64,000 nt of DNA, from contig CAXXTH010000003.1 of the NCBI GenBank assembly GCA_963668025.2, positions 1 to 64,000 of the forward strand. The letters run 5' to 3'. This document shows positions 57,235 to 64,000 of the stretch, piece after piece. The stretch's first letter is position 1. Each line of letters opens with the position of its first letter. The position numbers were made by a program, and so were the translations under genes. The DNA comes from Candidatus Hydrogenedentota bacterium (GTDB lineage Bacteria > Hydrogenedentota > Hydrogenedentia > Hydrogenedentales > SLHB01). The notes under the pieces were generated by a model. The model searched no databases. It was not told the DNA's origin and saw nothing but the letters and a program-made list of their open reading frames with translations.

Positions 57235-59340
57235 TTACCCCGTCGCTTGCAGCGCCTTGTCTAATCCGGGGACATTCTGCGCTCCCGCTGGAATCGTGAT
57301 GCTGGAGCCTGCGAAATCCTCTCCGATGGGCTCAAAACGGCCGCCTAATACTTGAGACATGAATGCCTCCGCCACGGCAAAGAACGACAGCCGGTTCTCA
57401 GGCCGGGCAAAGCCATGGCCTTCGTCTGGGTAAAGCACATACGTCACCGGAATGCCTTTCGCCTCCATGGCGTGGACAATTTGGTCTGATTCCGTTTGTT
57501 TTACTCGGGGATCATTAGCGCCTTGGGCGATGAGCAAAGGACGTTCGATGCGTTCCACATAGGTAAGAGGCGACCGCTTTTCTAGAAATTTACACCCTTC
57601 GTCTGTACGGTGGTCGCCCACGCGCGTCGTAAATAAATCGATCATGGGGGCCCAGTACGGCGGGATGGAATGAAGCAGCGTCACTAGATTTGAAGGGCCG
57701 ACTATGTCCGCTCCACAGGCAAATGTGTCCGGGGTCATGGTGAGCGCGGCGAGGACGGCGTAGCCACCATAACTTCCGCCGAAAATCCCCACCTTTTCCG
57801 GATCCGCGATGCCCTGTTCGACAGCCCAGTGGACGGCATCCAAGAGGTCGTCGTGCATTTTCGCGCCCCATTCGCGATTGCCTGCATTCAAGAACGCCTT
57901 GCCAAATCCCGTTGAACCTCGGAAGTTCACATCCAGGACAGCATAGCCCCGGTTGGCGAACCATTGGTGGGATGCGTTATACCCCCAATCCGAACGGGCC
58001 CATGGGCCGCCGTGTACAAATAATATAAGGGGGATAGGCTTTGGAGGCGTGATGGATTGCCCAGCGCTTTCCGATAACGGAAGAGAGAGATAGCTCACCA
58101 GTTCGAGCCCATCCCGTGACTGAATGATCACCGGATGCATTTTCACCAGCGGCTGTCCCTCAAGGTCGCTTCGGCTGGCGAAGAGAAACGTGGCGTTTTT
58201 GGTGGCTCTTTCATACCGATAAAAGCGAACAGGGCTATCGTCCAGCAAGTAGGCGATAATCCATACCGTATCATCGAGTGTCCGGCTTGCCAGTTCGATA
58301 TCGCCATCCGCCACTTCGCTCAAGGCCTTGAAATCCGCCGCTACGGCCGAATCGAGCATATCCCATTTTTTGCGCTCATAGGTAAACGCGGCTGCTTGCA
58401 GCACATTGGTGGCAGGCTGGACGAGCACGTCCGACAGGTCGGCCTTGGCGTTTTCCGCAACGACCATTTGCTTTCCTGTATTCAAGTCAAGAGTCGTCAA
58501 TGCCGCCGTATTGCGTTGTCTGCTATCGATGAGATACAGCACCTGCCCGGTTTGATCAAACCCCGCAATGGAAGTGGTCATGCTGTCTTCCGGCCCAATA
58601 GCCATGAACTCTTTCCACTCGTTATTCTCCGTGAGCGACAAAAGCTCTTTGCCGCCATCAGGCGTCATGCGAATGCCGAAGCGGATAGCATAATCGTCAT
58701 CAATGACAAAACTGGCGAAACCGGAATTTTCGAGCTTCAGACACCGGTCGCCTGTAGTCAGATCCACCGAATAGACATCATGAAGCTGGGGATCCCGATT
58801 GTTAAGGCCTATGAGCACTTGGTTGGGAAATTTATAACTGACGGCCTCGATTTCGGCGCGCACTCCCTCGAGGGGTGTCAGATCCCACGTTTCCATGGTT
58901 TGTAAATTGACCAAATATACATGCCAGTTTTCATCTCCACCCTTATCCTGAAGATACAGAATATGCTGGTTCGTATATGCCCAGAAATAATTCCGGATGC
59001 CGCGCTTTTCATCTTTCGTAACCGGCTGCGCTTGCTCTGGGGCATTCACCGGGCCCACCCAAACATTCAAGACGCCGCCAACAGGGGCTAAATACGCCAG
59101 TTTGGAGCCATCCGGGCTGATTTGCGGAGTAGCTTTATCGGGGCTGCCGAACAAAATGCGCCGGGGTATTAGCGACACAGCCGCCACCGCAGTCGCGGGT
59201 TTTAAAGCGGAGGACTTATTCTCGTGCGGCGCACCTGCGCCTTCGTTGCTGGACACGCACGCCACACATATGTATGAAAGCACCGCTAAAAACACGCACA
59301 CCCACAGAAACTGGCCGAACTTATTTATACTTACGCGCAT
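57235..59340 (-). CDS. S9 family dipeptidyl aminopeptidase/acylaminoacyl peptidase
   Basis: ISPDG, VHGGPW, NFRGSTG, GGSYGGY, GANDPRV, DEGHGF. Confidence 0.95.
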   Translation of the reverse strand: MRVSINKFGQFLWVCVFLAVLSYICVACVSSNEGAGAPHENKSSALKPATAVAAVSLIPRRILFGSPDKATPQISPDGSKLAYLAPVGGVLNVWVGPVNAPEQAQPVTKDEKRGIRNYFWAYTNQHILYLQDKGGDENWHVYLVNLQTMETWDLTPLEGVRAEIEAVSYKFPNQVLIGLNNRDPQLHDVYSVDLTTGDRCLKLENSGFASFVIDDDYAIRFGIRMTPDGGKELLSLTENNEWKEFMAIGPEDSMTTSIAGFDQTGQVLYLIDSRQRNTAALTTLDLNTGKQMVVAENAKADLSDVLVQPATNVLQAAAFTYERKKWDMLDSAVAADFKALSEVADGDIELASRTLDDTVWIIAYLLDDSPVRFYRYERATKNATFLFASRSDLEGQPLVKMHPVIIQSRDGLELVSYLSLPLSESAGQSITPPKPIPLILFVHGGPWARSDWGYNASHQWFANRGYAVLDVNFRGSTGFGKAFLNAGNREWGAKMHDDLLDAVHWAVEQGIADPEKVGIFGGSYGGYAVLAALTMTPDTFACGADIVGPSNLVTLLHSIPPYWAPMIDLFTTRVGDHRTDEGCKFLEKRSPLTYVERIERPLLIAQGANDPRVKQTESDQIVHAMEAKGIPVTYVLYPDEGHGFARPENRLSFFAVAEAFMSQVLGGRFEPIGEDFAGSSITIPAGAQNVPGLDKALQATG

Positions 59341-59525
59341 TCGATGTTTTCCTTGTGGTATGAAGACCCTTATTCGTTTCGACAAGAAGAAATTATACGC
59401 GCAATGACATGCGAACCCAAACCAGATTTTTCGCATTGTCGAAATATGAAAAGCTGTTCATCCGCATGATATAATTCGTCTCTTTTTCCAAACATGGCCC
59501 CAGCTACAGGAGCGAAGCAGAAACG

Positions 59526-60428
59526 ATGGCAGATGCAGAAAAATGCGCCCCTCCGCATCCGTTTGCGATTTGGATGCAAGCCGTTCGGGCGTATGCATTT
59601 CCCGCTTCCGCTTTGCCGGTCATTTTAGGCACGTTTGCTGCAACCCCTCTAGGCTCCATTCGCTGGGGATTAGCCATCGGTTCGCTGGTTTCCGTGCTGC
59701 TCATGCACTCCGCGGGCAACTTGCTAAATGATTACTTTGATCTTCGCTATGGCGTCGATAAACCGGGCGTCGAACCCGGGCGGCCGGGCGGCGTATTGCG
59801 GGCAGGCTTTCTTACACCATCGGCAGTGTTTATAGCGGCATTTGTATGCCTGGCCATCGCCGCGCCGATCTCGTTTATCATCGTCTATATGGCAGGTTTC
59901 TGGGCTCTTTTTTTCGGTTTATGCGGCGTATTCGCGCTCTATGCCTACACGGGCCCGCCTTTCACCCTAAAATACCGCGCTTTGGGGGAGCCGCTCATTT
60001 TCATCGTATATGGCCCATTTCCATTCCTCGGCGCGGCATATGTGCAGACGGGGCGGCTGGAAATGCTTGCGTTGCTCTATTCCATTCCGGTAGGCATGCT
60101 CATCGTGGCGATCCTGCTGGCGAATAATGCTCGAGACCTCGTTGAAGACCGCGCATCGGGGATTGCCACCCTCGCTATACGTTTGGGGCCTCAGTGGTCC
60201 AGGCGCGCGTATGCCTTCCTGCTTATTGGAGCGCCATGCAGTCTGGTCCTTTTTGCAGCATTGGACCTCATCCCCAAATGGCCTTTGCTGGCGATTGCGG
60301 CGTTTCCCGCCGCCATTCCCCTCCTGCGCAAAGACTTCGCCGCAGCCAGCGCGCTGGCGGATCTGGATGCACGGACCGTGGGCTATATGGCCCTGTTTTC
60401 CATATTCCTGCTTATCGGCATATTGTGA
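59526..60428 (+). CDS. menA: 1,4-dihydroxy-2-naphthoate prenyltransferase (UbiA family)
   Basis: NLLNDYFD..GVD, YTGPPF.LKY..LGE, ANNARD..ED..G..TLA. Confidence 0.85.
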   Translation: MADAEKCAPPHPFAIWMQAVRAYAFPASALPVILGTFAATPLGSIRWGLAIGSLVSVLLMHSAGNLLNDYFDLRYGVDKPGVEPGRPGGVLRAGFLTPSAVFIAAFVCLAIAAPISFIIVYMAGFWALFFGLCGVFALYAYTGPPFTLKYRALGEPLIFIVYGPFPFLGAAYVQTGRLEMLALLYSIPVGMLIVAILLANNARDLVEDRASGIATLAIRLGPQWSRRAYAFLLIGAPCSLVLFAALDLIPKWPLLAIAAFPAAIPLLRKDFAAASALADLDARTVGYMALFSIFLLIGIL

Positions 60429-60434
60429 ACAAGG

Positions 60435-61430
60435 TTACCGGCCCGATGGCGCATCCTGTTCGTCCGCCGCATGGGGCTCGCCGGGTATTCCATAGGTGTG
60501 CCGGACAACAGATTGCGGCTGCCGGTTCTCGGTTAGGAACAGGCGGCCCACGTATTCCCCAATCACCCCGAGCACACAGAGCTGGATGCCGGCAAACATC
60601 GTCACCGACACAATGATGGACGCCCAGCCCGGCGGCATGGTTCCTCCCATAATCTTGCCTTCAATCCACCAGGACAATATGAAAAAGATCGTAAGCAGAA
60701 ATCCAAAAGCGGACATAGCCAGCCCAAGGATCGAACTGAACCGAAGCGGGGCCACCGAGAAACTGGTGGACATGTTCAGCCAAAGGCGGATAAGCCGGCG
60801 CAGGGTGTAGTTCGATCTCCCTTCCTGGCGGGAACGGTGCTCACACAATTGCGTGCCGATAGCGTTGGTGGTGCGCAGAATCAACCCGTCTATATACGGA
60901 TATGGCCCTTTGTATCGGATCACCTCATCCACCAGAAACCGGCTCATCACTTTGAAGCTGGATAAATACAGCCCTTTCGGTTTCTTCAGCAGTTTGGTGG
61001 CCATCCAATCATTGAACTTGCTGCCTGCATTACGAAACCAATGGTGTTCTTTTCGGTCGTAATAACTGTAAACAACCTCATAGCCTTCATCTAATTTGTT
61101 CACGAGCTTGAGAATTTCACCGGGGGGATTCTGAAAATCATCATCGATAATGGCCACGCAACCCGCCGTGACATACCGCAGTCCGCACATGACCGCATTG
61201 TGCTCGCCGAAATTGCGGGCCAGCCGGATATACTTCACCATGCCCGGATGCCGCTGCATGGTTTCGAGCACCCGCTGGTGGCTATTGTCCGGGCTGCCAT
61301 CATTAACCAAAATGATCTCAATGCGCTCGAAATGCCCCGAAAGCGTTTCGGCGATCACATCCACCAGCGGCCCGATGGTCGACTCGCTGTTATACACCGG
61401 AACCAATATCGCAAGTGATTTCGTGCGCAT
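60435..61430 (-). CDS. GT2 undecaprenyl-phosphate glycosyltransferase (ArnC/GtrB-like)
   Basis: VPVYN, VNDGS.D, RNFGEH, DDDFQNPP, two C-terminal TMs, IGEYVGR. Confidence 0.92.
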   Translation of the reverse strand: MRTKSLAILVPVYNSESTIGPLVDVIAETLSGHFERIEIILVNDGSPDNSHQRVLETMQRHPGMVKYIRLARNFGEHNAVMCGLRYVTAGCVAIIDDDFQNPPGEILKLVNKLDEGYEVVYSYYDRKEHHWFRNAGSKFNDWMATKLLKKPKGLYLSSFKVMSRFLVDEVIRYKGPYPYIDGLILRTTNAIGTQLCEHRSRQEGRSNYTLRRLIRLWLNMSTSFSVAPLRFSSILGLAMSAFGFLLTIFFILSWWIEGKIMGGTMPPGWASIIVSVTMFAGIQLCVLGVIGEYVGRLFLTENRQPQSVVRHTYGIPGEPHAADEQDAPSGR

Positions 61431-61564
61431 GCGCGGCTCCGAAGAATAAACAAATCCCGATTTGCTTTCATCCAAGACCATATGCCAGCTCCCCATTGCA
61501 CCCCAGCATAGCAGAAGATACTCGCTGAAGGCGGAATGGCATATAGGATAATTCCACGTGAAGG

Positions 61565-64000
61565 CTAATCTTTTTGGATCTCAATCTCCAGCGAGGAATC
61601 AAGGCCAAACCACATGTGGCCTTCAATTACTAAATCCCATTGCAGCGTATAGATTCCTTCTTCTTCAGGCGCTTGGACTACCGCTTCATGTTCCACGCTT
61701 CCGATGACATTAAAGTGCAGCCTGCTCCGCAAACCATTATGGATGACGACCTCGCCTTCTTTTACCCAATGATAGGATAAATACAAAGGATACTGTTTGG
61801 TGGTCGCACCTAGCGCGGCGTCATTACTGTTTTCAATTTCCAGCATGACTAAGGTTTTCTTGTTGGCAATCATGCTAGGTTCTATGCGCGAGGTATCGAT
61901 TACAATATGGCGAATAAATTCCGGTGTGATCTCATCTATTTCAGCAATCTTTGCCTGTAAGGAGGACAGGGGTATAATACGTTCTGAGGATACAGGAGAG
62001 AGCTCTTTGAACAACTCAATAGCTTTGGCCCTTCTCTCTTTGAATGTCGCATCATCCAGAAGGTACTCGGCGGAGCTGGCGAACCAAGACTCAAGGCCCA
62101 AATGATGCGATATATCCTCTTCACTCATCCAGCCCAATGATTTTAATGTAATCTGCCGCTTCTCAAAACCGCGAAGCACGGCGTCGCGCAGGCTTCTTGA
62201 ACCGGCCATCTCCTCGGTCCAGGAGCTTCGCAGATCGCGTTGTGTGCAATCGATGACCACGCCCTTATTGTTGAGAATGCCAAATCCTAGCGCATATATA
62301 TTACAGTCGTACTTAAGCGCTTGTATCATCGCCGTAGAGTTATTGGCGACAACCGCTTTAGCGGAAGCCATCAATTCGTCCAAATCCGCATCGTGGACCA
62401 CTTGAACCCGTTCCGAGGAAAAGCGCTCCAGTTGCCTCTTCTTTTGATCCAATGGGTGGGTCTTTATGATGATTTTTTCGCCTTCGGGCAGGCTGTCCAA
62501 GACATATTGCACCATGTTGGCCACTTTTTTGATCCGGGGAGAATGCAGAATCATATTGGTGTCATTCTCGAGTTGGGTCAAAATGAGGGTATGTTTGCCC
62601 TGCACTTTTCCGGACGCGTTATCGAGCGGTATCGGCTCTCCACAGAATTGAGATACGGACATCGCTGCTAATGAGGACGATGCGTTTGTGCCGATAGGAT
62701 CGATGTATACATTCCCGTTTTGAGGAAGCCAGCCAAGCTCGGTAAAAATGACAGGCACATCAAACACAAATCTGAGTATGTCGATGATATGTTTTGTCTT
62801 CGGATGGTCACCATTATGCGTAAGAATCTTGTTGGGCTTAAATTTATGGATTTCTAATAGAAGCCTATCATACTGGTCTGGCCAGGAGAACTGAATGAAC
62901 CGGTTTTTATCGACCGGATATGGATTGTTAAATTTGAACATAAAATTAAGCGGCCGAGGGCATACAACCTGGTAATCAACGCCGAATTTCAAAAAGAGCG
63001 GCGCCCACATTTCCTGTATATGCTCGTTGCTGACGGTGAATCCAAATACTCTTTCCTTTTTGCCCGTGCTGGAATAGGCATTATTGACCTTGCGGAGCGA
63101 TTCTTCCTTCTTGTGGGCGGAAAGAGAAGAAAGGCCTTGATAGAAATATACCGGCTTAGATGAATGGTCAAGCCCTGAATCAGAAATGTAATTATATAAA
63201 GACATAAAACCCGTGTTAAAATCATCCAATAATTTCGAGCAATGCTCCGTAAATGCCTCGGGCTTGGGATACTCGCTATGGGAGGAGTCCAGCAGCAGTT
63301 CCGCCATTCCCGCGATATCTCCCAATGGCGCGGTCTCCAACAGAGGCGGAGGAGCGATTTCGGTATTGCCGCCCACATCCCACGCGCATACTACCGTGCC
63401 GCACGAAAGAGTCTCTAAAATAACCATCGAACAATTTTCAAAACGGCTTAGCATCATGAGTTTTTTTGAGCGCGCGATAATGTCAAAGCGGGAATCATCA
63501 TTTAGGCCGCCAAATACATTCACGTTACATTTGACATTGCTCGAGATGGGAAAAGACTCGCTGCCTGGACCGATCAAACCCACACAATAATTTCTCGGGA
63601 GGCGCTCTAATATGGGATTGATGTACGAGGTGCCTTTCAACCGCTGGAAACGGCCCATGAAAACGGCGTCAAAAATCTTGTCTTCGGTGATATATTTATG
63701 CAACTGCGTATCTGGCGGATTTTTATATACAAACAAAGGCTGCCTGTTAAGCGAGGCCTTCAATTGGTTTGCGATGGCATAGGAGGGAGCAGATAAGGCC
63801 GTGGCGTGTTGTAGGATTAAATCTTCCTCCACAAACACCGGATTTTCATTCAGTGAAAGCTCCGAAGCGCCCCGCTCATGCGCCGAACTGATCCGCAAAG
63901 GCGTGTGCAAGCGCACATGCAGCTTATAGGATTTAGGAAGCAGCAGCGCGGACGCCCTGGCCTCAGGGCTTTCGATGATGACTTCATCGGAACCGTATTG
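61565..64000 (-). CDS. Multidomain glycosyltransferase (GT4-like, KpsS/KpsC-like capsule domain, Ig-like tail); 5' end outside the window
   Basis: Frame stays open to 64000. FMGRF..LKG, SRFENCSMVILE, ELGWLP, QLENDT, IKTHP, NNST, LSYHW...QWDLV.EG..WF. Confidence 0.8.
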   Translation of the reverse strand, partial: QYGSDEVIIESPEARASALLLPKSYKLHVRLHTPLRISSAHERGASELSLNENPVFVEEDLILQHATALSAPSYAIANQLKASLNRQPLFVYKNPPDTQLHKYITEDKIFDAVFMGRFQRLKGTSYINPILERLPRNYCVGLIGPGSESFPISSNVKCNVNVFGGLNDDSRFDIIARSKKLMMLSRFENCSMVILETLSCGTVVCAWDVGGNTEIAPPPLLETAPLGDIAGMAELLLDSSHSEYPKPEAFTEHCSKLLDDFNTGFMSLYNYISDSGLDHSSKPVYFYQGLSSLSAHKKEESLRKVNNAYSSTGKKERVFGFTVSNEHIQEMWAPLFLKFGVDYQVVCPRPLNFMFKFNNPYPVDKNRFIQFSWPDQYDRLLLEIHKFKPNKILTHNGDHPKTKHIIDILRFVFDVPVIFTELGWLPQNGNVYIDPIGTNASSSLAAMSVSQFCGEPIPLDNASGKVQGKHTLILTQLENDTNMILHSPRIKKVANMVQYVLDSLPEGEKIIIKTHPLDQKKRQLERFSSERVQVVHDADLDELMASAKAVVANNSTAMIQALKYDCNIYALGFGILNNKGVVIDCTQRDLRSSWTEEMAGSRSLRDAVLRGFEKRQITLKSLGWMSEEDISHHLGLESWFASSAEYLLDDATFKERRAKAIELFKELSPVSSERIIPLSSLQAKIAEIDEITPEFIRHIVIDTSRIEPSMIANKKTLVMLEIENSNDAALGATTKQYPLYLSYHWVKEGEVVIHNGLRSRLHFNVIGSVEHEAVVQAPEEEGIYTLQWDLVIEGHMWFGLDSSLEIEIQKD

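Noticed and set aside
1-64000. tRNA or rRNA genes
   Set aside because: None recognised by eye in the intergenic regions; a covariance-model scan would be needed to exclude them.

Overview
Bacterial chromosomal window, moderately GC-rich with lower-GC inserts. The gene content suggests a diderm anaerobe, possibly Candidatus Hydrogenedentes; that assignment is low-confidence inference. Housekeeping genes: rnhA, dtd, PMM/PGM, nth, murB, pilT, menA, several peptidases and an ECF sigma/anti-sigma/DUF4097 triad. Accessory elements: an intact group IIC intron directly behind an intrinsic terminator (1495-3386), a four-gene polyol catabolic operon divergent from a NifA-like activator, a low-GC islet (19.7-21.3 kb), a Cus-type heavy-metal RND island, a PlsA/PlsR(Ger)-like ether-lipid operon split by a GT-C glycosyltransferase, an ISKra4-type element interrupted by a second IS, and several REP-like palindrome families. 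Best leads: (1) the plsR-GT-C-plsA operon, which ends in a catalytically dead pseudouridine synthase; (2) a sigma70 promoter enclosed by perfect 14-bp inverted repeats in front of a sensor-less hybrid kinase, a candidate invertible switch; (3) a two-gene module whose secreted partner has a lipobox-like signal with Ser in place of Cys; (4) a standalone 57-aa leader-plus-core peptide gene. All product calls come from motif recognition by eye; no searches were run.
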